Positions 39,661-52,447 of a stretch of 64,000 nucleotides of DNA are shown piece by piece. Location of the stretch: the NCBI RefSeq assembly GCF_026571515.1, contig NW_026857312.1:1-64000 (forward strand), written 5' to 3'. A model generated the notes under the pieces. The model ran no database searches. It saw nothing but the letters and a program-made list of their open reading frames with translations, and was not told where the DNA came from. Source of the stretch: Ruditapes philippinarum. Taxonomy: Eukaryota. Within the stretch, counting starts at the first letter, position 1, and each line of letters opens with the position of its first letter. The position numbers and the translations under genes were made by a program.

Positions 39661-41062
39661 AAGTAGAGATTTTGATGCTAAAGCATCAAGTCGCCGGATA
39701 GAAAAATGATTGTATGATCATAAATTTAAGAAAATATCAGTTTAATGGTTCAAGTATAAAGAAAAGAGGAACAATATGTTGAGTAATGTTTGCCACCGAG
39801 GCTTGTAAGGCAAGTGATATGCTGGTAATTCTACTTGTAATTCTACTTTATACATATACTGTTTTACTATACATTCCATATGGGTTACTAGTTCAGAACC
39901 CGATAATTACCGACAAATAATTACCGATCATCGAATATTTGCAAAGTGACTATGAAAATATATATGTTTAATTATTGCAAGAAACAATGCAATTCTACTG
40001 TAAAAGTGTTGTCCATCATTATTATGCGCTATCTAAAAAATATTCAATTTAGTTGAAATCAATACATGTATTCCCATCGTAACATACGATATAATTAACG
40101 TTTAATTGCCTTTCAGTGCGATAAAATATCAACACAAAGATTTTTCTATGTATCTAATACGATTCCGGACCCCTACTGTCATACCGTTTTGGAAACCTGT
40201 GCGACGGAACCGACGGAATATAACGAAATCAACAATTACCATTATATATTTCAATAATGTGCCTCTTCAGCATAAAATTATTTTGTAATTTTTAACCTTA
40301 ACAAAACTATTGAACATTCTTGTCAAAAGATTGACAGAAAGGGCCAAGTTTAACCCTTTACCAAGAAAAAAGCAAAAGGTTTTGAAAATCTATTTCTAAT
40401 GTGTAAAATATGAGTTTACAGGTTTTTATAATGATATAAAATATGAAACTGATTAATGAAAAATAACTTTGTAATTATTTATACAAAATTACAATGATTT
40501 GCATATTATCAACCGCCATACCTTTTGCCAACCATTAACAAGTTACCTGTATGTCTTATCATCAATCTATTACTATTAATAGATTTTATAACATAACATA
40601 CAACGTGTAGTCACGTAATTCTTACGAAAGATCAGGGAGAATTTGTTTATAATTAGATAAAATAATGAAATATAACAGGTCTCATAAAATATAAACAACC
40701 AAATAATTTAAAAGTGTCATTTCAAATAGCATTCATGCTTTATATATCATAAAATAGCAACGCTTGACACATTGAAAAAAGTAAAAGTATCCCTAAATTT
40801 AATGACTGATCCTTAGGGATACATTATTGATTCATTTTATGAAAATTGTTATGTTGCTTTTTAAATTGTCAATATGTGTATATTTCATTTCTTGAGCAAA
40901 GTTATCATATGTTTGAATTTTTGAGATTACTGAAAAATAATTGTGATCTTCAATTGTTCAATAATTGATATGCTTTTATTTTCAGATTTTAAGGGCTTCT
41001 CCTACCATAGGTATAATATTAAACTGTTACAAATATAGTCGCCGGTTTCTACCGGCGACTAA
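39661..41062 (-). mobile_element. Helentron-like element inserted about 14 nt upstream of the copy 4 ATG
   Basis: Palindrome ttgatgctaaagcatcaa plus subTIR agtcgccgg at the left end, hairpin agtcgccggtttctaccggcgact at the right end; splits the paralog sequence gagata|taactggtcaacaatg. Confidence 0.8.
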
Positions 41063-41075
41063 TAACTGGTCAACA

Positions 41076-43557
41076 ATGTTAGTCAAAATACTTAATATCA
41101 TAGTGCTTCTTTTTGTCGAGACTTTTATTTTATCTGCAAGTGTTGCGAACAGATTACTAAGCTTATTGAGCAGATGATAGCAGAAAGGATTTCGGAACTG
41201 GCCGACAAAGTTCAGAATCTAGAAAGAATCGTTACCAATCAGTAGGCACGAATTGAACGTCTAGAAAAGCAGGAAAAGCAGAGAGAGAGGACAATAATGG
41301 ACATGTTAAAATCATTAACAGACTTAAGACAAGAAATAAAGTCAAAGAATATAGTTTCTCTGAAAGAAGAAGCCATCACTGTCAACTATAATACGGACAG
41401 ACACTTCGAAGTGGAAAACGTGACTAGGCTAAATGTATCTGTTGACACAAGAAAAAAGGCTTCAGTTATTTGACAGGGTAAACAAAAGGATAATGAAATC
41501 ATTGGTAAAGCAAGACGAAGGCGTGAGACGGAAGTCGCGATAACTTGAAAAGTACTGAAAATATTTTTATGAAACTTGATATATGGATAGATGGCAGTAT
41601 GGAGATTATGCACGTCTTTTTCTTTTCTTCCTATGTTGAAACATTTGGTCGTTATGGCAACAAATAGACTTAAAATATGGCAAATTTAAGAAAATGGATC
41701 CCGTAATAACACAAAAAGTACTGAATGTTTTTTATGAAACTTGAAATATGGGTAGATGGCAGTCTGGAGATTATGCACGTCTTTTTCTTTTCTTCCTATG
41801 TTGAAAATTCTGGTTGCTATGGCAACAAATAGACTGAAAATATGCCAAATTTTACACATAAACTGGATCCTGTGTTAACGCAAAAAGTAATAGAAATATT
41901 TTTATGAAACTTGTAATATGGGTAGATGGCAGTCTGGAGATTATGCACGTTTTTTTCTTTTCTTCCTATGCTGAAAATTCTGGTTGCTATGGCAACAAAT
42001 AGACTGAAAATATGGCAAATTTTACACATAAACTGGATCCAGTGTTAACGCAAAAAGTAATAGAAATATTTTTATGAAACTTGACATATGGGTAGATGGC
42101 AGTCTTGAGATTATGCATGTCTTATCTGTTCTTCCTATTTTGAAAAAATATTGGTTGCCTTGGCAACAAATAGGCTTAAAACATGGCAAATATAACAATA
42201 TTTGTGATTAGTCAAAAAGAGCTGAAATTTTTTATGAAATTGCATCTTTAATTCAAGAGTTATCTCCTCTTTAAGAATTTTGCTTTTAAAAATGTTATAT
42301 TTTGGTAACAGGGATGTTTCAAATATTAACTTTAGAGTGTCCTTTAGTCCGTCTGTCTGTCTGTTCATAAAAACTGTTTCCTGTGATCATTTGATAACTC
42401 AAAAAGTACTGGAAATATTTTTATGAAACTTGATATATGGGTAGATGGCAGTCTTGAGATTATGCATGTCTTATCTGTTCTCCCTATTTTGAAAAAATAT
42501 TGGTTGCCTTGGCAACAAATAGGCTTAAAACATGGCAAATATAACATTGTTTGTGATAAGTCAAAAAGAGCTGAATTTTTTTTATGAAATTGCATCTTTA
42601 ATTCAAGAGTTATCTCCTCTTTAAGCATTTTGCTTTTAAAAATGTTATATTTTGGTAACAGGGATGTTTCAAATATTAACTTTAGAGTGTCCTTCAGTCC
42701 GTCTGTCTGTCTGTTCATAAAAACTGTTTCCTGTGATCACTTTTAAAGAACTTTTCCAACAAATTTACTTAAAATATAGAAAAATTGACGTATTAGTGAA
42801 TGGCCATTGGCCCTTCAGAATGTTGATGGGGTTCTAACCGGTAGGGGACTTATGGATTGCTTGCAATACTATGATAATTGCTTGTTGACAAAGCCATTTC
42901 TAACGATGGAGCTGGATATAACGTTAATACAGGAATATTTACAGCTCCTGTAACAGGACTCTACCTATTTACTTTCAGCGTGAATGACGGCGTCCATATA
43001 AATGTTCTACAATTGGTTATGGATGGGTCTAATTTGGTTGACATTATAGACAGTCCTGTCAATAATGCACAGGTAAATGCATTGTTTAGTGTAAAACAAT
43101 CAAGCTTATACAAAGGCTATTACACATTAAAGGGCGTAATAGACACGCAGCGACTTTTCATAAAACGATAAAATCGAGCCTTTCATTTGTTCATAAACCT
43201 GTGTTTCTGTAAGTCTAAAATATGTCAAATGTGCGATTAAAGAAATGGTATCTGTGTCTTCCAATAAACAATAACAGGAAAAGATAATAACGTTAAAAAC
43301 TTATGCATTCATTTAAAAAAATTGCAGAATATTCTTTGTAAAAAGGATAAGAAAGTTTAGATCAGAATAATCAATATAATAATATTTTATATAATAAGTG
43401 TCATTATCTTGTAGACTATGAGTAGCAACACAGGGTGATAGTTCATGTAAACAAAGGACAGTCGGTATGGATTCAGGAGTATGCACTAAACGATGCATCA
43501 ATACTTTCGCGAGAAATTTACCGTTACTGCACATTTTCTGGAATTCTTCTGTATTAA
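41076..43557 (+). pseudogene. C1qDC copy 4 pseudogene (exon 1 41076-41537 and 42887-43072; exon 2 43415-43557)
   Basis: Net 13-nt deletion near 41145, in-frame TAG and TGA, transposon insertion, 2-nt insertion in exon 2. Confidence 0.92.
41538..42886 (+). mobile_element. Helentron-like element inside the gC1q-coding exon of copy 4, 5' end deleted
   Basis: Reverse complement of the 14040-14365 repeats and of the 11366-11411 terminus (accggtaggggact...gcaatactat...gcttgtt). Confidence 0.88.
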
Positions 43558-43919
43558 ATATGTTCAGAAAATAAATCAGTGGTAAGAAATCATATTCAGA
43601 AGTCCAAATACTTTTTAATAATTACTAAAATGTTGAAAAGTTGTCATATACATATATATTTGTATTGAAAATATAACAAAATTGCAATTTTACACAAAGG
43701 AAGTGGGTTTTTGCTCTAGAAATAATTCGCGAATGGACTACCATTTCACTTAGATTTGACGACATTTTTTTATTTTATTATTTTTAAACATTTTCAGGCA
43801 TGTGGCGGGAAATAAATCAGTTATTTATATTTGTTTAAATTAGCATACTTGAAGTAATAAGATTAAATGTTTATTTTGATATCATTGTGAAACTATAAAT
43901 ATTTTTCAATCCTAATGAA

Positions 43920-44440
43920 TACAAGAGGGCCATGATGGCCCTTTTATTGTCAACTTATTGAAGTATACCTTATTTGTTATGGAAAGTTAATGATTGCTAT
44001 GGAAGTCACTGATTGCAATAGAAAGTCAATGGTTGCTATGGAAGTCATTGGTTGCTATGGAAAGTCAATGGTTACTTTGAAAAGTCATTTATTGCTATTG
44101 AAATCACTGGTTGCTATGGGAAGTCAACATGGATTTTATGGAAGTCAGTGGTTGCAATGAAAAATCAACGGTTGCTATGGAAAGTCAATGGTTGTAATAG
44201 AAGCCGCTGGTTGCAATTAAAAGTCAAAAGTCACTATGTAAAGATAATTGTTGAATGGAAGTCAATGTTTGCTAGGACACTGATTGCTATGAAAGTCACC
44301 GGTAGCTATGGTCAATGATTGTTTTAGAAGTCAATGGTTGCTGTGGAAGGCACTGGTTAATATATATATTTAGGTTATTAGGTTATTATTATAAGGTTAT
44401 TCCATGATCCTTTTCACCTCATGGATGGTAACAATTTAGA
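43920..44440 (-). mobile_element. Helentron-like fragment with degenerate ~20-bp repeats (ggaagtcaatggttgctat)
   Basis: Terminus acaagagggccatgatggccct shared with the element at 2684; paralogous copy at 52448. Confidence 0.6.
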
Positions 44441-46051
44441 CTAAGCACTATAAGTTAAGCTGCGGTCTCACTTACTCCCGGCAGAGCCCAGGACCATTCC
44501 GGTAAGTTACCGGGATGATCCGGGAGATCCGGGGTAAAATAATTGTTGCAGTCACACTAACCCCGGCAGCACTACGGTAATTCCCAACTTACCACCCAGG
44601 ATGCGCTCCGGATCATCAAAGCAGAGCCCAGGTGAAGCTACGGTTCATGCCGGTGCTTCCCCGGTCATTCCCGGATGACGCCGGAAGAACCCCGGTTAAC
44701 CCAGGCAGAAAAATCATGCAAATACAAAAATATATCATAGCCATCAACAATAAAAAAACATCATTAAAATTGTAAACATGCATTTTTCAATAAAGGCATG
44801 AAATAATCGATAATTTATCGATGACACCGAGAACAGGTGGTCAATTCCCGGGATTACTATATATGTTTAATACGATCCCGGATCCCCGCTTTTCTAAAGG
44901 CGATCCCGGGATTTCCCCCCACCCCCCACCTGAAGAGAGTTAAACTGGCACACAAAAGAAGCGCTTCAATTCATTTTGAGCACTAAACTGGTCATGTGTC
45001 CATTAATTACGAATGTTCTCGTTCTTAAAGCTTAAAACTGGCAAAATTATTTTTTAGAAACAAGAAAGTCTTCACGGAAAAGGGACATAATATTGAGAAA
45101 TAACTAAATTACTGTATATGTACCTGAAATTTTATAAAAAATACTTTTGATAGTTTAAATTTGTGAGAAATAAACTTAAACCAAATATTAACCTGTGGAA
45201 AAAACCGAGCGCAGGAAAGGCATTATCATAAAATAATCTCCAGTCGATCATCAAGAACACAGAAAGCATTTTGCTCAAGCTTTTGTGGGTTTCAAGTCAA
45301 TCTCATCATCTCGGTCCTCGGGCAGTATTTTTTTTTAAAGAAAAGACCAACTTTACTTGACCTGAAATAGGGAACGCAGCTTCCCATACATAGTTTATTC
45401 ATTCTTTTACTCAAATTAGACATATTCAGTAAGAATTTCATAGTCTGTGATTGAAATATTTTTTTAAAAGATGAGCATAGTATATCTTTAGTCATGACTG
45501 AATATACTTGACAGAAAGTGCGTGCAGCCATGTATATTACAATCTAAAATAAGATAAAGATTGGTTGGGTTGGATTTAAAGTCAAAATGGCAATATGAAT
45601 GACTTTCCAGCATCCCAATACATTATTCACAGCAATAGCGAGCCCTCGAGAAGAACCACTGAATTTCCGTAACCAACAGAGTAGCTTCCTCATCCAATCT
45701 GCGATAATGCAATCTGCAGATATACATGTATGTGTCCAATATAAATATTTTCTATCAATGAATTTGCTACACAGCCCTCGCAGCTCGCTGAATACATTCA
45801 CGTTACTTTAGACAGTGTGCGAGGGTGAAACATTCGACCGATGCGCAGGAGAGAATGAATTTCAGTATACAAAAAAATAAATAAATGTTTATGTGATAGA
45901 TAGAAGTTATGAATATGAAGAAAACACTTAACGGGCAGAGTGACTTCAAAGTTTTTCTTGTAAGCGTCTAACGGACTTCATCTTTGACTACTTTTTAAAT
46001 TATTAAATGGTTAGATGAACGCGTGTGGGTTATAGGTAATAAACACATTTA

Positions 46052-46400
46052 TCACACACGTGCCGATTTTGCGACTCCGTAAATATGGTATTGCACGGGC
46101 GTGCATATATTTTGACGTGACGTCATTAGCGTTGTACAAACATAGTGTAAAGACGCGCTAAATATTAGCGTTATACTATAGGCGCATCAATGAAAAATGA
46201 CCTTTATTTCACTTTAAACGTCTTTATTTTGGGTATGTGATAAATAGAATAATAAATTCGTGTAAGTTCATCACTGAATTTATTGCACTCGTTGAATAAA
46301 GTAATATTATGCTCGCCACTGGCTCGCATAATATCATTTTTTTCAGCTCGTGCAATAAATTCAGTATTGAAGTTACACTCATTCAATATCCTCTATTTAA
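46052..46400. mobile_element. About 350-bp Crypton-like non-autonomous insertion with a long terminal hairpin
   Basis: Absent from paralogous sites (about 49545 and 57238), flanked by attta direct repeats, no TIRs; hairpin actgaatttattgcac...gtgcaataaattcagt. Confidence 0.6.
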
Positions 46401-46511
46401 GGCGTCTCATATAACGATAAAAGTTGGACAAAAACTAAAAGATTTTAATGCAATGTTTTGTTTTCTTTTGTTCGATTATCGAAATATTTATTGTTTCGTA
46501 TTTAATTATTG

Positions 46512-46632
46512 ACAATAAACTCCACTACTGCGATAATTCATGTGACTAAGGGATCGTCTGTATTGGTTAAAGAATATGCCATTCATGAGGGTTCAATATT
46601 TTCAAATAATATCGGAAAATATTGTAAATTGT
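46512..46632 (+). pseudogene. Orphan copy-1-type exon 2 relic (TINSTTAIIHVTKGSSVLVKEYAIHEGSIF)
   Basis: Aligns to exon 30340-30480; acceptor AG mutated to TG. Confidence 0.75.
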
Positions 46633-46713
46633 TCATATAAGTGTACATGCATTTCAATCATTTTCTCATTTTTGAAAGTTACCTTGTCACTAAAACATTG
46701 AGAACATTGAACG

Positions 46714-46854
46714 NNNNNNNNNNNNNNNNNNNNNNNNNNNNNNNNNNNNNNNNNNNNNNNNNNNNNNNNNNNNNNNNNNNNNNNNNNNNNNNNNNNNNNN
46801 NNNNNNNNNNNNNNNNNNNNNNNNNNNNNNNNNNNNNNNNNNNNNNNNNNNNNN
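46714..46854. other. Assembly gap (141 N)
   Basis: Run of N; paralogous positions (49900, 57576) hold an (ATC/ATT)n microsatellite. Confidence 0.99.
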
Positions 46855-47163
46855 TGGGTCTTCAAGTTCGAACTAAAATGTCATACACTACATTAAGATT
46901 GTAAGACTGTTTTACTTGGAGAAATATGACAGTATTTAAAATAGCTGATATTCGAAAACAAAATTAATCTTATTTTATTTTATTGAAAAAAAAAGACTCG
47001 TTTGGTTATCAAGTTTTTCGCGAAACGCTATATTTGAGATGCACAACAGTTTAACATACAAATATTCCTATGCAGTACAAGAATATAACAGGTTCAAGCG
47101 GTCTGTCATAAAAATAAACTTAATTAAACGTGTGAAATTGAGTTGTTTATTTATTTACTTATT

Positions 47164-47218
<55 letters not shown>

Positions 47219-47383
47219 TTTTGGACAGTTGTGCATGCGTGTGGCAGCACAATATCTCCATCGAGTACAAAAAAATCTTTACTTGTTTGTATTTATATAT
47301 TTATGTAATAAATTTTGACTTGAACACATTGATCCATTTAATAATAATAATAACAAGTACATTATTCAACACGATATGTTCTT

Positions 47384-48573
47384 GGTAAATCAAGACGAAG
47401 GCGTGAGACGGAAGTTGTGGCCTTCTCAGTTTACATTAGTCACAATATTAATCATATGGGGATTGGACACCATATTGTTTTTGACAAAGCCATTACAAAC
47501 GACGGAGCTGGATATAACGTTTATACAGGAATATTTACAGTTCCAGTGACCGGACTCTACCTATTTACGTTCAGCGTGAGTGACCGCGACCGTTTAACTG
47601 TTCTACAATTGGTTATAGACGGGTTTAACTTGGTTGACATTAAAGACAGACCTGTCAATAATGCACAGGTAAATTCATGTTTATTGTAAAACAATCAAGC
47701 TTATGCAAAGGCTATTGCAACATTAAAGGGCGCGGGGACCTTTCATTAAACTTTCATTTGTTCATTAGCCTGTGTTTCTATAAGACTTAAGGTGATTCCG
47801 CTTTGTCAGCGATGTTTGATTTCACCAAGTCTGTCCAAAGTGAATTCATATATTAACAAAAAAGATTACAATGTAAAATGATGACCCATTTGAAAGTACA
47901 CATCCAGGTCTATGTTTTAAAGACTATTAAAAACAAAAATAAAAATGATAACAATAAGAATATTTACTTTGAATGTGCTACATTTATGAAGACCAAATAC
48001 AATCTGTTGTCAAGTTGTATGCACATTTTATGAATGGCAAAATCCAGTTTAAAGTCTGTTTTAGTGCAGACAAATGCTAATTTTTGCAGCAAATACATTG
48101 TGAGCTTTTTTGTTATATGAATTTTGGCCAACTTTCACTTTGGACAGACTTGGTGAAAACAAACATGGTTGACAAAGCAGATCGAATCACCTTAAATGTG
48201 CCAAATGTGTTACTACAAACATGCACCGATTAAATAATTGGTATCTTTCAAACAATAAATGTGTCTTTCAATACACAATAATAAGAAAATATAATAACAT
48301 TTAAAAGTTATGCATTAAATTCATTTAAAGAGTTTTGCGGAATATTGTTTGTAAAAATATATATCAAAGTTTAGATCAGAATATTCCATATAATAATATC
48401 TTATATACTAATTAAGTGTTATTATCTTGTAGACCATGAGCAGCAACACGGTGATAGTCCATGTAAACAAAGGACAATCGGTATGGATCCAGGACTATGC
48501 ATTAAACGATGCGTCAATACTTTCGCGTGAAATTTACCGTTACTGCACATTTTCTGGAATTCGTCTGTATTAA
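47384..48573 (+). pseudogene. C1qDC copy 5, head-only remnant (exon 1 part 47384-47668; exon 2 48433-48573)
   Basis: 5' flank acacgatatgttctt is joined directly to ggtaaatcaagacgaagg; ATG, signal peptide and coiled coil are deleted, while the gC1q frame and splice sites remain open. Confidence 0.82.
47791..48191. mobile_element. 401-bp MITE with TTAA TSD, Kolobok-like
   Basis: ttaa|ggtgattc...gaatcacc|ttaa, ~60-bp imperfect TIRs (ttcaccaagtctgtccaaagtgaa); empty site gtcttaaatgtg near 51320. Confidence 0.85.
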
Positions 48574-49659
48574 ATATGCTCAGAAAATAAATCAGTAGTT
48601 CAGAAGTCCAAATACATTTTAAGAATTAATTAATTGTTGACAAATTGTCATATACGTATGTATTTGTATTGAACATGTTTTTCATCAAAACTATATGTAC
48701 GCAAAGGAAGTGGGTATTGCTCAAGAAATAACTCGCAAATGGTCGACCATTAATAAATACACTGCAGAGTTAACGACATTTTTTTTATTTCATTTGTTTT
48801 TAAACATTTTAGCGTGTGGCAGCAAATAAATCAGATAGTTATATTTGTTCAAATAATCAAGCTTAAGTGATAAGTTTGAATGATTACTTTAATATCATTC
48901 TGAAATAAAATACATAAAATAATAATAATAATAATAATAAAAAATATATATGAGCATAGTATATCTTTAGTTATGACTGAATATATGTGTGCAGCATAAT
49001 AATCTAAAATAAGATAAAGATTGCTTGGGTTTGATTAAAAGTCAAAATGGCAATATGAATGACTTTCCAGCACCCAAATACATTATTCACAGCAATAGCG
49101 AACCCCCGACAAGAACCACTGAATTTCCGCAACCAACTGAGTAGCTTCCTCATCCAATCTGAGATAATGCAATCTGCAGATATACATGTATGTGTCCAAT
49201 ATAAATATTTTCTATCAATGAATTTGCTACACAGCCCTCGCAGCTCGCTGAATACACTCACGTTACTTCAGACAGTGTGCGAGGGTGAAACATTCGACTG
49301 ATGCGCAGAAGAGTATTAATTTGTGAAGGTTTACGGGGTACAAAAAATAAATAAATGTTTATGTGATAGATAGACGTTACGACTATGAAGAAAACACTTA
49401 ACGGGCAGAGCGACTTCAACGTTTTTCTTGTAAGCGTCTAACGGACTTCATCTTTGACTACTTTTCGTATGCCCAAACTGATGCGAGTTTTAAATTATTA
49501 AATGATTAGATAAACGCATGTGTGTTATAGGTAATAAACACATTTAGGGCGTCTCATATAACGATAAAAGTTGGACAAAAACTAAAAGATTTTAATGCAA
49601 AGTTTTGTTTTCTTTTGTTCGATTATCGAAATATTTATTGTTTCGTATTTTAATTGTTG

Positions 49660-49800
49660 ACAATAAACTCCACTACTGCGATAATTCATGTGACAAAGGG
49701 ATCGTCTGTATTGGTTAAAGAATATGCCATTCATGAGGGTTCAATATTTTCAAATAATATCGGAAAATATTGTAAATTTTGTGTTGTATCTTTTCATATA
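49660..49800 (+). pseudogene. Orphan copy-1-type exon 2 relic
   Basis: ORF 49654..49836 TINSTTAIIHVTKGSSVLVKEYAIHEGSIFSNNIGKYCKF; no AG acceptor. Confidence 0.75.
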
Positions 49801-49898
49801 AGTGTACATGCATTTCAATCATTTTCTCATTTTTGAAAGTTTCCTTGTCACTATAAAACATTGAGAACATTGAACCTTTTATATGTAGGGTACGAGTT

Positions 49899-49943
49899 TC
49901 ATCATCATCATCATCATTATTATTATCATTATTATTATTATTA

Positions 49944-49992
<49 letters not shown>
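49899..49992. repeat. (ATC)n/(ATT)n microsatellite
   Basis: Directly visible; gives the poly-N/D ORF 49715..50020. Confidence 0.95.
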
Positions 49993-50455
49993 CTATGATA
50001 CATCTTGACTGGGTCTTCAAGTTCGAACTAAAATGTCATACACTACATTAAGATTGTAAGACTGTTTTACTTGGAGAAATATGACAGTATTTAAAATAGC
50101 TGATATTCGAAAACAAAATTAATCTTATTTTATTTTATTGAAAAAAAAAGACTCGTTTCTATTTATTTATTTCTTTATTTTTGGACAGTTGTGCATGCAT
50201 ATATATTGACAGCACAATATCTCCATCGAGTACAAAAAAATCTTTACTTGTTTGTATTTATTTATTTATGTTCTAAATTTTGACTTGAACACACTGATCC
50301 ATTTAATAATAATAACAAGTACAGAAACACATGTTATGATTCAACAACATATGTTCTTATCTAAGATAACAAAAAGTTTCACACGAAGAGATTGTCGGCA
50401 TTGTTACGTGTCAGTTTTCTTTTACATTCACTGCAGGAGATATAACTGGTCAACA

Positions 50456-52052
50456 ATGTTAGTCAAAATTCTTAATATCATAGTGTTTCTTTTTGTTGAG
50501 ACTTTTATTTTATCTGCAAGTGTTGAGATAGAAAATGAGGTACAAATTACTAAGCTTATTGAGCAGATGATAGCAGAAAGGACTTCGGAGCTGACGAACA
50601 AAGTTCAGAGTCTAGAAAGAATCGTTACAAATCAGCAGACACGAATTCAGCGTCTAGAAAAACAGGAAAAGCGGAGAGAGAGGCAATAATTGACATGGTA
50701 AAATCATTAACAGACTTAAGACAAGAAATAAGTCAAAGAAATTAGAATCTGTGAAAGAGAATGCCAACACTGTCAACTATAATAAGAACAGTCACGTCGG
50801 AGTGGAAAACGAGACTAGGCTCAATGTATCTGTTGACGCAAGAAAAAAGGCTTCAGCTATTCGACAGGGTAAACAAGAGGATAATGAAATCATTGGTAAA
50901 TCAAGACGAAGACGTGAGACGGAAGTTGTGGCCTTCTCAGTTTACCTTAGTCACGATATTGATCATATGGGGATTGGACACCATATTGTTTTTGACAAGG
51001 CCATTACGAACGAAGGAGCTGGATATAACGTCAATACAGGAATATTTACAGCTCCAGTGACCGGACTCTACCTATTTACTTTCAGCATGAGTGACGGCGA
51101 CCAAACAAGTGTTCTTCAATTGGTTATGGATGGGTCTAATTTGGTTGACATTATAGACAATCCTGTCAATAATGAATTGGTAAATGCATTGTTTAATGTA
51201 AAACAATTAAGCTTATGCAAAGGCTATTGCACATTCAAGGGCGTAATGGACACGCAGGGACCTTTTATAAAACGATAAAATCGAGCCTTTGATTTGTTCA
51301 TTAACCAGTGTTTCTGTAAGTCTTAAATGTGTCAAATGTGCGATTAAATAAATGGTATCTTTCAAACCATAAATATGTCTTCCAATACACAATAATAAGT
51401 AAATATAATAACATTAAAAACTTATGCATTCATTTAAAGATCCTGTAACACATTTTTTTCATGGCTTTATTTCATAAATATGACGCTCAAATTAAGATTT
51501 GTCAATCTTGTAAGTTCAAATAAGCATTATCTATAAAGATATTACCCAATTTAACATTTTGCGTAAATAAAGGGAGGTAATTAGAAATTTATTTTCTATA
51601 AATTCCAAGTCAAATTTTCCAATAAGAAATGAATGCATGTAACTTATTGATTAAATATAATGTGCACAAATATTTGCAGTACACATTTTACATATTCTTG
51701 GATGTTTGAAAATTGTTTTATTTGCATAATTATATACATATATAATATTTTGCAAGTGTGTGATACATACAGTAACAATATCAATCACAAAACATACAGG
51801 ATCTTTAAAGATTTTTGCAGAATATACTTTGTAAAAAGATTAGCAAAGTTTAGATCTGTACAACCAATATAATAATATTTTATATACTAATTTAGTGTTA
51901 TTATCTTGTAGACCATGAGCAGCAACACGGTGATAGTTCATGTAAACAAAGGACAGTCGGTATGGATCCAGGAGTATGCATTTAACGATGCGTCAATACT
52001 TTCGCGAGAAATTTACCGTTACTGCACATTTTCTGGAATTCTTGTGTATTAA
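50456..52052 (+). pseudogene. C1qDC copy 6 (exon 1 50456-51179; exon 2 51912-52052) with two 1-nt deletions; young pseudogene or assembly error
   Basis: Exon 1 is 724 nt versus 726 nt in copy 7: gagagg[a]caata near 50683 and gaaata[a]agtc near 50730. Exon 2 is intact. Confidence 0.75.
51438..51804. mobile_element. 367-bp MITE with TTAA TSD, Kolobok-like
   Basis: ttaa|agatcctgta...tacaggatct|ttaa; absent from paralogous introns. Confidence 0.8.
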
Positions 52053-52447
52053 ATATGTTCAGAAAATAAAACAGTAGTGAGAAATCATGTTCAGAAGTTC
52101 AAATACTTTTTAATAATTAATTAATTGTTAATACGTTATCATATACAATGTACATGTATATTTGTATTGAATATGTTTTTCATCGAAACTATAACTGGAT
52201 TACAATTTCACACAAAGGAAGTGGGTTTTTCCTCTAGAAACAACTCGCAAATGTTCGACCATTTATAAATTCACTTCAAAATTAACGACTTTTTTGGATT
52301 TCATTTGTTTTTAAACATTTTCAGGCATTTAGCAGCAAATAAATCATTTATGTATATTTGTTCACTATCATACTTAAGTGATAAGATTAAAAGTTTATTT
52401 TGATATCATTGTGAAATAAAATACCCACACTGTAAATATTTTTGAAT

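Noticed and set aside
44458-44940. GC-rich ccgg/cccgg repeat patch starting taa|gctgcggtctcac, possibly a Harbinger-like end
   Set aside because: No matching second terminus or TSD found, so it cannot be classified.
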